Assembly: GCA_031268795.1 (NCBI GenBank)
Contig: JAIRWT010000008.1
Location: forward strand, 66,487-130,486
DNA from: Puniceicoccales bacterium
GTDB lineage: Bacteria; Verrucomicrobiota; Verrucomicrobiia; Opitutales; JAIRLM01
Direction of reading: 5' to 3'
Length of the DNA stretch: 64,000 nt
In this document: positions 19,343-28,303 of the stretch, piece after piece
Numbering within the stretch: the first letter of the stretch is position 1
Layout: each line of letters begins with the position of its first letter
The notes under the pieces: generated by a model
The model's database searches: none
What the model saw: the letters and a program-made list of their open reading frames with translations, nothing else
What the model was told of the DNA's origin: nothing
Program-made: the position numbers and the translations under genes

Positions 19343-19630
19343 CTAAAATTTTTCTATGAGAGCACGGTCAACGGATTTATCCAGGCGCAACCGATTATTA
19401 AATTCCGTATTAAAATTTCCTTCCGCCTGGATAACGTATTGCACATATATGCCCGCGCGGAACTGACGATTTGTGTAGCGCTGGAAGTCAAGCACCCCTA
19501 AATTTGTCAATTTTTCAACGGTACCACCCAAAAATTCCACATAACCGGAGATGCGCCCCATGATATCCTCCGTGGACTCGCCCTGTTCCCGGTTATCGAG
19601 AACGAGCGTAACTTTATATTTTTTTTGCAT
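19343..19630 (-). CDS. rpsF: 30S ribosomal protein S6
   Basis: 95 aa from MQKKYKVTLVL. The pattern (Y.v..v......e......i......i...GG.v.....G...) and its position upstream of ssb/rplI fit bS6. The longer ORF overlaps pth and was trimmed. Confidence 0.8.
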   Translation of the reverse strand: MQKKYKVTLVLDNREQGESTEDIMGRISGYVEFLGGTVEKLTNLGVLDFQRYTNRQFRAGIYVQYVIQAEGNFNTEFNNRLRLDKSVDRALIEKF

Positions 19631-19682
19631 TAGCCACCTCACAAAGCCGCACGCGTTGATGGAATTGGAGCTGTCGTCGCTG

Positions 19683-20246
19683 TCAAGGGAAAGTTGGTTG
19701 TCTAGCGATAATATTTTTAAGATTATCGAAAATTGCCGGCATGGCGTAGAAAAGCGCCGCCTGTTCTTCGTCAGAAAATCGGGCAAGCACGTATTCCTTT
19801 AGGTCCAGCTCTTTGTTTGGTTTCTGTCCGATGCCCACACGAAATCGAATGCATTCGCCGAGCTTTTCGCATACGTCCGCCATACCGTTATGCCCGCCGT
19901 CGCCAGGACGGACCGTAATTTTGACCTCTCCCAGGGGTAAGTTAAGCTCATCATAAATGATGGCCACACGGTTATTAGCGACATGGAAGTACTTGGAAAT
20001 GCGTGCCACGGGATATCCGGACTGATTTACGCAACAAAGTGGTCGAGCTAAAATGAATGGGAAACCATCTAAACTTCCTCGCGCCAAATCTGCGTTAAGT
20101 TTTTTATTGTTAACCCACTTAACATTCACATGCCTGGCAAAATTATCAAGCACAAATTGCCCTAAATTATGCCGCGTGTGAATGTAAGAAGCGCCCGGGT
20201 TGCCGAGACCCACCAAAAGAATTGCACCACGCGCGCCATCGACCAT
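19683..20246 (-). CDS. pth: peptidyl-tRNA hydrolase
   Basis: LLVGLGNPG...YIHTRHNLG and the GHNG motif. It sits in the classical ctc-pth arrangement. Confidence 0.9.
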   Translation of the reverse strand: MVDGARGAILLVGLGNPGASYIHTRHNLGQFVLDNFARHVNVKWVNNKKLNADLARGSLDGFPFILARPLCCVNQSGYPVARISKYFHVANNRVAIIYDELNLPLGEVKITVRPGDGGHNGMADVCEKLGECIRFRVGIGQKPNKELDLKEYVLARFSDEEQAALFYAMPAIFDNLKNIIARQPTFP

Positions 20247-20332
20247 GCTCCACCCCACTTGCAAAAAAAAATCTCAGAATTTGCCAACGGCACCCTGAGC
20301 ATGTTTTTGACATATGGCAATGGAAAGACCGA

Positions 20333-21001
20333 CTATTTTTTGCCGGATTCTTTTTTGTGCCCTCCGGCGGCAGGTGGTGTCGGTTCGGTCGCGGCCGGCG
20401 CGGTGGTTTCACTTGTTCCCGCGGAATTTTTAGCGGCCTTCATTTCGCTGCAGGCGGCGATAACCAGATCCGGCGCATCCACAAATTCCACACCATCCAT
20501 GGACGGCAAATCTTTGACATGAATTGCATGTTTTACGTGCAATTCGGCCACGCTTATTGCGCACTCCGAAGGCAAATTTTGTGGAAGGCAGCGAACGGCG
20601 ATTTCATGGGTGTGAAACTCAAAAACTCCACTCTCCTCCCGGACGCCGATGCATTCATCCACCCCATCCAGGTGTACGGGGATATGTGCCGTCATCTTCC
20701 GGTGCATGGAAATTTCGTGAAAATCCACGTGCAAAATTTCATCGGTCAATGGATTTCGCTGTGACTCCGCCAATATGGACGGGCGAATATCACTTTCCCC
20801 GGCAATGGTCAGGGAGACCAGTGCTGCATTTCCGGATATTTGGTGCAATGCCGACCGCAATTCCTTTGCGCAAAAAGACAATGGCAAGCTTCCGGATTCG
20901 CCGTAGACAACTCCGGGGATTTCACCACTTTTCCGCATCCGCCGCACCTGTCCTCGCCCCAAATCCGTGCGGTTTTTGGCAGCTAATGTTATTTGCCTCA
21001 T
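20333..21001 (-). CDS. rplY: 50S ribosomal protein L25 / general stress protein Ctc
   Basis: MRQITLAAKNRTDLGRGQVRRMRKSGEIPGVVYG is the L25 N-domain, followed by a Ctc-type C-domain and a low-complexity tail. The start is at the internal ATG at 21001. Confidence 0.88.
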   Translation of the reverse strand: MRQITLAAKNRTDLGRGQVRRMRKSGEIPGVVYGESGSLPLSFCAKELRSALHQISGNAALVSLTIAGESDIRPSILAESQRNPLTDEILHVDFHEISMHRKMTAHIPVHLDGVDECIGVREESGVFEFHTHEIAVRCLPQNLPSECAISVAELHVKHAIHVKDLPSMDGVEFVDAPDLVIAACSEMKAAKNSAGTSETTAPAATEPTPPAAGGHKKESGKK

Positions 21002-21169
21002 TTTAGTATCCCGTGTTCGCAAATTTTGCCGCCATCCGAAGTGGATGCTGGCCATGAATTTTTTCCTGCAAATCCAACCCGAAAATGTCAATTCTCAATC
21101 GGGTGAGTCAACACGCAATCACGGCACCTATCCGTAAAAAAGCACCTAACCCTCAGTATGTGACTGAAC

Positions 21170-21215
21170 AACGCGAATCTCAAAAGTCATTTGAAAAAAA
21201 TTTGAATTCACAGAT
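21170..21215 (+). repeat. 46-nt direct repeat (copy A1), contains the 18-nt core
   Basis: aacgcgaatctcaaaagtcatttgaaaaaaatttgaattcacagat. 44 of 46 nt are identical to 22367-22412. Confidence 0.85.
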
Positions 21216-21280
21216 GGCAAAAAACCGGCAACGGTTCCACCAATGGAAGCAAATGTCATTCGCAATACGCAAATGATATT

Positions 21281-22228
21281 TTGGAGTCGAAATTATTCGT
21301 TGACACCATAAAAGCCAATGATCTTGCTGCATATATGGATTTGACTCCTGATACAATTGGAAGTAGTAATTGGACGATATATACTCGCAATACTCCCCCG
21401 GATGGTTGCACTGTTATCTTTCCCAAGATTGGCGATCCAGATTTTGTCCCGATTGGTCAGCTTGGTTATATGCTTTCGACATTAGCAAGGCGAAATGCGT
21501 CCTTTCGGTTGATTTTTTTAAAAGATTGCTTTAGCAAACTTTGTTTTATGCTCCGTGTTTTAGAAAATGTCGACGAGCGTCTTGTTGCCAATGACGCAAT
21601 TTGCATACTTAGATTTCTTAATCAATGCGAACCAGCAGAACCAGATCAACGTGGGCGCGAAGTCTATGTATGCACGCCGTCAGACACTGATGTGCCTATG
21701 CCAATTGAAGCGCCTTTGAAAAGGTTGTGTTTTTCAAGGGGCGGAGCCGATGGGCAAAGTATTGTGCTAGGGTGTACTGATGATCCATCCGCTGTTTTAA
21801 CCGGCAGTTTTGTGAATGGTCTTCCAAAATCTGGGGAAGCGACTTTTCTTATTCTGCAAACCGTTTTTGAAAATTGGCCAACTGCATTTGGCGCCATTGT
21901 GGTTATGGCAATGTATTATAACACTAGAGTTTGCGCCTTCATAAATCCGCTCTCTGGAGAGATGTATATGCAGCTGGTCCACCATCTTTTGCAAGTGCCT
22001 GATAATAGTGGCGAAATTGTTTCTTGGGATGAAAAGTCTTTTTGCAAATTTGAAATCACACTAGCCAAACGGAAAATTGTGCCACAAAAGGATCAGGACG
22101 CGGGCAGCTGGCCGAATGCCGACACGGAAGAAATTAGCGCTTTGTATTATGAAACTTTGTCGAAGATTCCGACTTCAACACTATCCATAAGTCCGTTTAT
22201 ACCACCTAATATTAAGACGGATGCATGA
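21281..22228 (+). CDS. hypothetical protein (315 aa)
   Basis: Long ORF with a TTG start in the track (first ATG further in) and a Cys-rich, globular-looking sequence. I recognise no family. It is bracketed by the 46-nt direct repeats. Confidence 0.5.
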   Translation: MESKLFVDTIKANDLAAYMDLTPDTIGSSNWTIYTRNTPPDGCTVIFPKIGDPDFVPIGQLGYMLSTLARRNASFRLIFLKDCFSKLCFMLRVLENVDERLVANDAICILRFLNQCEPAEPDQRGREVYVCTPSDTDVPMPIEAPLKRLCFSRGGADGQSIVLGCTDDPSAVLTGSFVNGLPKSGEATFLILQTVFENWPTAFGAIVVMAMYYNTRVCAFINPLSGEMYMQLVHHLLQVPDNSGEIVSWDEKSFCKFEITLAKRKIVPQKDQDAGSWPNADTEEISALYYETLSKIPTSTLSISPFIPPNIKTDA

Positions 22229-22366
22229 GATTGCGCGCCGAAGCTCGCACTGGGTAACGCTATGCGGCTAGGCGCTTTATGGCGTACAGCCATTGAGGTT
22301 TAACGAATCAGCACCCCAAAAATGTATTTCGCACATGGAGTTCGCCGCTTGCAAATGGAATTTTTT

Positions 22367-22412
22367 AACGCGAATCTCAAAAGTCACTTGAAAAAATTTT
22401 GAATTCACAGAT
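22367..22412 (+). repeat. 46-nt direct repeat (copy A2)
   Basis: aacgcgaatctcaaaagtcacttgaaaaaattttgaattcacagat. Weaker similarity to the copy-1 flank continues for about 20 nt. Confidence 0.85.
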
Positions 22413-22525
22413 TGACGGCTAAAATCCCGGCGCAAATTGCTGAAAATGCGGTTTGCGGAGATCGAAAACGGGGCAGTTTTGAACCAAAAAATCCACTGTT
22501 CAACACGCCACTAAAGCGATGGAGG

Positions 22526-22540
22526 ACTTTTGAGATTCGC
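22526..22540 (-). repeat. inverted partial copy of the repeat core
   Basis: acttttgagattcgc is the reverse complement of gcgaatctcaaaagt. It lies 142 nt from copy A2. Confidence 0.6.
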
Positions 22541-22639
22541 ATCGTATTTATTTTGTGAAGCGCGATAAAGGCGCTTGGCGAGGAAAATCCAAAGCTGAAA
22601 TCAATTTTCGAAATTTAAACTTTGGTTTTATTCACTTAT

Positions 22640-23134
22640 CTATGGATTTGTTCGGGTGTCATTTCTTCCATTTCCAAACCATCGATATAATGACGCTGGC
22701 AAAAAACCGGCAACGGTTCCGCCGATGGCGCCCGGAAGACCGGCAATCCAACCGCCAGCTATTGCCACACCGACCACTGGAACGCAAGATAGCACTGCAG
22801 TCTTTAGTCGACCCATGCGTGCGTCGCCTCTTTCTATATCTGCAGTTTCTGCTTGAACGCGCAATCTTTGAGCCCCCAAATTATCAAGCTCTTGCTGCTG
22901 GGGCCCTTCGCGTATCGCAATTATTTCCTGCCGTCTTCCTTTCATTTCGGCAACAATGGTCCGGCTTGCGCTGATAACGCTTTCGCCCCGGCCCATTAAT
23001 TGCCAAAAATTTCTTCGAATATCTTGCGCATATTCAGGATATTGAATCATTATAATTACGGGCTGAAGCTTGGCCGTATTTTCATCCGCTGCTTCATCGT
23101 CCGGAGGGAAATTGCTTCCCGGCATATCCGTCAT
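22640..23134 (-). CDS. hypothetical protein with C-terminal glycine-zipper/bilobed hydrophobic segment
   Basis: 164 aa with an acidic N-terminus and a charged helical middle, then AVLSCVPVVGVAIAGGWIAGLPGAIGGTVAGFLPASL. I prefer it over the overlapping plus-strand ORF 22555-22974, whose translation is R/F/L-rich and looks like a shadow frame. Confidence 0.55.
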   Translation of the reverse strand: MTDMPGSNFPPDDEAADENTAKLQPVIIMIQYPEYAQDIRRNFWQLMGRGESVISASRTIVAEMKGRRQEIIAIREGPQQQELDNLGAQRLRVQAETADIERGDARMGRLKTAVLSCVPVVGVAIAGGWIAGLPGAIGGTVAGFLPASLYRWFGNGRNDTRTNP

Positions 23135-23592
23135 CAGCGTCAGGTCCGTTGGGTCATCGCATGTTGCACAACGGCCACTTGCCGGATCGGCGATAACATA
23201 TGTGTTTCTATTACTCTCTTGAATTCTATTCGTGATAGTTGTGTTCCGTTTCTTACTATAGTAAAGCAGGTGCGCTAACTACAGCCGCTGCTCCGCCCGC
23301 AACCAATGCTCATGGAGATCCTGCGAAGTCAAAACCAACAGCCGCCGCCCCTCCGACTCATAATAAATCTTTCATCCGTGACAACTTTTTACTCGGCAGG
23401 CAACTGACCGATGTAAGTTTGCAGGAAGCGGTTGCCACAGTAAAATGATGTTTGTTTCAGAAATTTGACAGATGGCAAAAACGTCAGAGGCAAAGTGGGC
23501 CGGAATGGTTCCCATGCAAAAAGTCAAGAATTTTTGCGAGCAACGCATTTTTTAAGATATCAGATACCTCGCGCATTTGTGGGCTGATACAC

Positions 23593-24189
23593 CTATTGAG
23601 AAATTTTCTTTGCGGGAAAACTTTTGTAGTCCATGGCCTGTATCTGTTGCATGATTGCAAGGATCTTCTTTCCATAATCCATGTCAGCAGCCCACCGTCC
23701 TGAAAGCTTGCCAACCTTTTTGGCGGATCCCAGTTGAATCAACTTCCGACGACTGTCGATGCAAGGCTGATTTATTTTTCGCCTAGAGGCGTAGGCTTTA
23801 AGGTGTTGTACGTGGGCACGAATGCCCGCATTCATGGTTGGAAAATAATTGCCACGGGCACCTCCGCCAATTGCCCCAAATCCGCAAAAATTATTCTGTT
23901 CCGGGCGTACATCATTACCGAATCTAAGGAATCCAGTTTCGTGGCACATTTGCGCAAATGCAACTATGGTTCGAACCCCCTCCGCTCGGCATTCCACGTC
24001 GTAAAGTTGTGCAATTCGCCTGGCATGATCCCGCCCTATGGTCGGATTGTTGCGAATGAGAAATTCGCTAAGTTGGTCTACTGTAATACGATCCGTGCCC
24101 ATGATATTGTCGTTGGTGCGCGCAGCTTGGACGTGGGTTATGGAAAGAATGCATACGGTAACACATAGGGCAAAATGGCGAAAGTTCAT
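23593..24189 (-). CDS. secreted peptidoglycan hydrolase, glucosaminidase (FlgJ/LytD-type) domain
   Basis: Signal peptide MNFRHFALCVTVCILSITHVQAA, then AFAQMCHETGFLRFG...NNFCGFGA...F.....GIRAHVQHLKAY, which resembles the mannosyl-glycoprotein endo-beta-N-acetylglucosaminidase fold. Confidence 0.6.
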   Translation of the reverse strand: MNFRHFALCVTVCILSITHVQAARTNDNIMGTDRITVDQLSEFLIRNNPTIGRDHARRIAQLYDVECRAEGVRTIVAFAQMCHETGFLRFGNDVRPEQNNFCGFGAIGGGARGNYFPTMNAGIRAHVQHLKAYASRRKINQPCIDSRRKLIQLGSAKKVGKLSGRWAADMDYGKKILAIMQQIQAMDYKSFPAKKISQ

Positions 24190-24352
24190 TGGCTCCAATC
24201 TGCCCGAGTGTCATCATCTGTCAATGGGCAAGTTTGCTGAATCCCAAGGCTATTCAATTCAAACAAATTCTAAATTAGGCTCAAATATTGCTGGCTTCTT
24301 TGTTGATGCTCGATGGAATTAGTTACCACCTACAAAGGTTAAATGTTAGGAC

Positions 24353-25123
24353 TTAGTGTGCGGTTGATTCGCTCACTTCATTAATGGCGGCTATTGTTTG
24401 TCCGTCGGACAAGCCCATTTCCCACTCATCATCATCATCGTCTTCGTCGTCATCGCTCGATGCCGCAACTCCAAAGGGATGATATTCGAGGATAGCCAAA
24501 ATTTCCTGAAAGGCATGTGTGGTACCGGGCGTAATATCGTCTATTCCAGCCACAGCGTCGTCCAAATCGTCCAAAGTTATTTTTTGAGAAAATCGTTCGG
24601 TCGCATTGAGCATTTTAACACGGATGACGCTGATATGCTCTAGGAATTCCGCATATCCGCCACTCGAATCATTGGAAACCATAGGTAAGGCAAAAAGTTT
24701 TTCCTCATTCGTATCAAATCCGGCGTCAAAAGCAACCAGGCGAATATTGCCATTTCCTAGGTCCTTGTCGATGGCAAACCGTAAAAATGCCCGTTCAACG
24801 GTATCCGGTTGCAGGCCATATTCACGCATGGGTTCCAAAAGATCAAATATATGCTCCACCTGGTTCGGGTCCAAAATACCTAGGCCTTCCTCTCCGGATG
24901 CCGGTGGTAGCCAATTAGTTTCCATAACCCACCAATTCATATCGGAGTCCAATCGCACAATGCACCATTCCGCCTTTTTGCCATCGACCATTACATTCCT
25001 CCCATGCGTTCTGCAAGGAGAGTAAATTACCACACAATAGTAAAACATTTTATTGCGGACGCTCATCCCGCCGTTGACACGGAGCGGAACGAATTCGAGA
25101 TGGGACCCGTGTTCGTAGGTCAT
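24353..25123 (-). CDS. hypothetical acidic protein
   Basis: 256-codon ORF with the C-terminal acidic tract SSDDDEDDDDDEWE. The start is uncertain: the ATG at 25123 overlaps the likely rmuC start head-to-head, and internal ATGs at 25066 and 24991 are alternatives. Confidence 0.5.
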   Translation of the reverse strand: MTYEHGSHLEFVPLRVNGGMSVRNKMFYYCVVIYSPCRTHGRNVMVDGKKAEWCIVRLDSDMNWWVMETNWLPPASGEEGLGILDPNQVEHIFDLLEPMREYGLQPDTVERAFLRFAIDKDLGNGNIRLVAFDAGFDTNEEKLFALPMVSNDSSGGYAEFLEHISVIRVKMLNATERFSQKITLDDLDDAVAGIDDITPGTTHAFQEILAILEYHPFGVAASSDDDEDDDDDEWEMGLSDGQTIAAINEVSESTAH

Positions 25124-26422
25124 TTAACTCTCATTGGAGCAATCATTCTGCCCGGCGCTAGCGCCATTTTTCATCTGTGGCATTCTTCAAGGATTAAAAC
25201 TTTGGAATTGGAAAAATGCAAAATGGAAAATGAATCGGTAAAATGCGAACTGCGTACATTGCAAAATGCTCGCAATGAGCAGGATTGCGAGTTGGCCATT
25301 TGCAAGGAGCGCCATGCGGCGCTGCTGGAAAAGCTAATATTCCAAGAGGCGACACAGGCAAAACTTGAGGGAATTCTTCGCCAGACGGCGGCGGAAGTAT
25401 CTCAGAAAGCTTTAGAACAGCTACGATTGCACAGTCAGGCGGACATGGCAAGGGAAAAAACGGCCATCGCGGCCATGGTTGATCCGGTGAAGGAGGTGGT
25501 CAATCGCTTGGATCAGCGTGTTATTCTCGCCGATCGGCATCGAGGGGAAGAAACGGCCAAATTGGATGAAAATTTACGCCAACTTTTTCAATCGCACCGG
25601 GACCTGGACCGGGAAGCAAAGAAACTTAATATGGCTTTGCGCCAATCGCACGTGCGGGGGCGCTGGGGAGAGTTGCAACTGCGGCGCCTTGTAGAAATGG
25701 CCGGATTGCAGGCGCACGTTGATTTTGATGAGCAGGTTCCCGTTCCGGTGGATGGAAGCAGCATGCCCTTGCGCGCGGACATGGTGGTTCATTTGCCGGG
25801 CGAACAAAATGTTATTGTGGACGCAAAGGCCATCATTGATGCCTACATGCAGGCCATGGAGTGCGAACTTCCGACGGAGCGCGATATTTTGCTCAAGCGC
25901 CACGGGCAAAATGTCTTCGATCGCATCGTAGAACTTGGAAAAAGGGAATATGGGAAACATTCCGCAAAGGCTTTTGGGTACGTGATTCTCTTTCTCCCGG
26001 GCGATCATTTGTACGCGGCTGCCATTCAGGCGCGCCCCAGTCTATTCGATGAAGCTTTGGCACATCATATCCTGCTGGCGTCACCCATGAATCTGTTGGC
26101 CATGTTAAAAACAATTGCCTGCACCTGGTCACAGGCGGCAACAACGATGGAAGCGGAAAAAATTGTTTCGTTGGGGAAGACTCTCATCGAACGAATGGAA
26201 ATCCTATTTAAGCGACTTGGCGAAACCGGGTTAAGACTGCGGCAGGCGGTTGAAGCCTATAACGGCACGGTTACAACGGTTGATTCTCGCCTCGGTCCAA
26301 CCATGCAGCAATTTTCCAAGCTGCAATCATTGGGGCTCGGAAAAGACATTTTGCCGCCTGCCCATATAAACGAAATGGTACAAACACTGCATATGCAAAA
26401 AAATGTTTTAGATGCAAATTGA
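25100..26422 (+). CDS. rmuC: DNA recombination protein RmuC
   Basis: N-terminal TM helix, long coiled coil and the conserved core RGRWGELQLRRLVEMAGL...VDFDEQ...PD(M)VVHLPG...IVDAK. The start is taken at the ATG at 25100 (MGPVFVG). Confidence 0.85.
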   Translation: MGPVFVGHLTLIGAIILPGASAIFHLWHSSRIKTLELEKCKMENESVKCELRTLQNARNEQDCELAICKERHAALLEKLIFQEATQAKLEGILRQTAAEVSQKALEQLRLHSQADMAREKTAIAAMVDPVKEVVNRLDQRVILADRHRGEETAKLDENLRQLFQSHRDLDREAKKLNMALRQSHVRGRWGELQLRRLVEMAGLQAHVDFDEQVPVPVDGSSMPLRADMVVHLPGEQNVIVDAKAIIDAYMQAMECELPTERDILLKRHGQNVFDRIVELGKREYGKHSAKAFGYVILFLPGDHLYAAAIQARPSLFDEALAHHILLASPMNLLAMLKTIACTWSQAATTMEAEKIVSLGKTLIERMEILFKRLGETGLRLRQAVEAYNGTVTTVDSRLGPTMQQFSKLQSLGLGKDILPPAHINEMVQTLHMQKNVLDAN

Positions 26423-26629
26423 TTTCACTCACAGCGAACTAAAAATGGCGGGAAATATTTTTCATGTGCCTGTAAGCATAGTTCGAAAAACTACTACACG
26501 CCTGCATCCTTAAGGCCATTTGCGTATTTTGCAATGAACACTTGAAAAATCATTCTCAAAATAAGCATTTTAAAGCATGGCCAAAACTCAATTTCGATAA
26601 AGAATTTAACGAAATGCGAATGTATATCA

Positions 26630-28297
26630 TTGACATGTGCGCACTTTTTGACATATACGCATGGCATGAGTTTAAGTTTACATGGATTGGGCATTCGACA
26701 GAATGGATCCAAATTTTTCACTAGTGATGCAGTAGATGCCCTCGCCGGGGTCACATCCGAATGTTCTGTTTCGCAAATATTAACACTTCGTACATGTCCG
26801 AATGGCAGGTGTTTGCCACCGAGTATTTGGCAAAGTGCAGATACTTTTGCCGCAAGTATTGGTCGAATTGTTCAAATCGACACAAGAGAAGAGCGTATTC
26901 GCCTTCTTAATTTGTTTTTTCCAAAGGCTAAACATAAACATGTCGGAGCAGCTGCGGAAACAGAAGGAGCAACACTGAAATTTGTTGCCTGCGGCGTAAA
27001 TGCAGTTGTCGCCCATTTATGTTTCAAGGAGGAAACAGTCTTAGAAATGGCGGAATCAATTGCCGAATTGGAAAAAGTATTCGCTTTTTCCTGTGAGCGT
27101 TTCCGAGAAAATGGGTTCGGGCAAATACCGAGGCGTCTCTGGGAAAAATATATTGCGTGCTATACGGAGCTTGTTTGCAGAAAACTTTCTGCTAATCTTC
27201 AGCGAATTTACGTGGATTTAGCCAGCGTTCCGTTATCATTGCGGCCTGAGGCTCTTCACCTTGGGGCGCCTGATTACTTGGCAAATATGGTGAGCCATTG
27301 TAGCGGAATTTGTCTGGGGCAGGAGCATGGAAATGCTGAAAATGCTTTGATAATTTTGCAAGAGGTTGGCGAATATCAAAGGCGCATGAGCATGCGTTCA
27401 GTGCCGTCCGGATATCGGCCAATTAATATGACAATTGGGCGATTTAATGAGCTGACGCGCTTATATAATTTTATTGAAAAGTTTACTATGCTTAATTCCT
27501 TTGCGTCAAAAAATTACCCAACCGCTTTTACTGCATTAATTGCATCAGCTCAAATGGGCGTACCTATTCCTTTTACATTTTGGAATGCATTGGCAGCGGA
27601 GCCGAATTTTACCGGAAAAGATTATGCGAACTTTGACGCCAGGCAATTAATATACAATTCTCCGGTCGTTAGCCCTCAGGTGCGAGCGGCAGATCAAACG
27701 AAGGCTTTTGAATTTTTTGATAGACTTCGCGAGACGGACGACGTAATTAAGCAAATTCTTGCATCCAGCGTAATAGCCGATCTTACTATTTTTAAAGACA
27801 TGTTTCGCGATCATATTGAATGGCATATTGGTGAAGAAACAGTAATTTCATCCCTTGACATACGAGCATCATATTCTCCGGTTGAGGCTGTGTTAAGTGC
27901 TTTACTCGAAACATTTCCTAGAGAAGTGGCTTTGCGGATTTTTCGGACCATTTGTTTTTACCCGTGGGCACAGGGCGAATGTCCACGCGTTATTCTTGCC
28001 GCAAAAGATACTTTAGCAAATGTGGAGCTACCAAACGATGTAAAAGATGTACATATTGCGCAAGTATTTGATCTTTTTTCGGACGGAAGAGGCAAAATTG
28101 TTATTTTGGTCCGCGAAAATGGGACTGTCGAAATTATATCGATGTCAGCACAAGGCGGACCTCTAAAAGAATCTATTATGGCGAGGGCATTTGGGTATGT
28201 ATGGGATCATCCGTATTCATTTTTTTACACACACCTAATTGCCGACCCATTTGGAGGTTGCGAAATATCAGAGGCAATGATGGCGTACCACACGTAA
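26630..28297 (+). CDS. hypothetical protein (555 aa ORFan)
   Basis: Long clean ORF with a TTG track start (ATG at 26666 is an alternative) and an AT-rich upstream region. I recognise no family. It is convergent on sctL with a 6-nt gap. Confidence 0.55.
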   Translation: MTCAHFLTYTHGMSLSLHGLGIRQNGSKFFTSDAVDALAGVTSECSVSQILTLRTCPNGRCLPPSIWQSADTFAASIGRIVQIDTREERIRLLNLFFPKAKHKHVGAAAETEGATLKFVACGVNAVVAHLCFKEETVLEMAESIAELEKVFAFSCERFRENGFGQIPRRLWEKYIACYTELVCRKLSANLQRIYVDLASVPLSLRPEALHLGAPDYLANMVSHCSGICLGQEHGNAENALIILQEVGEYQRRMSMRSVPSGYRPINMTIGRFNELTRLYNFIEKFTMLNSFASKNYPTAFTALIASAQMGVPIPFTFWNALAAEPNFTGKDYANFDARQLIYNSPVVSPQVRAADQTKAFEFFDRLRETDDVIKQILASSVIADLTIFKDMFRDHIEWHIGEETVISSLDIRASYSPVEAVLSALLETFPREVALRIFRTICFYPWAQGECPRVILAAKDTLANVELPNDVKDVHIAQVFDLFSDGRGKIVILVRENGTVEIISMSAQGGPLKESIMARAFGYVWDHPYSFFYTHLIADPFGGCEISEAMMAYHT

Positions 28298-28303
28298 AAA
28301 ATA

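Noticed and set aside
22318-22366. Additional repeat block (aaatgt..ttcgca..gcaaatg) shared between 21247-21280 and 22318-22366
   Set aside because: Only three short AT-rich words match, with a 13-nt indel between them. That is too weak to separate from chance without a computed alignment.
22555-22974. 139-aa plus-strand ORF
   Set aside because: It overlaps the minus-strand 164-aa ORF almost entirely. Its translation is R/F/L/Q-rich with no domain-like features, so I consider it a shadow frame.
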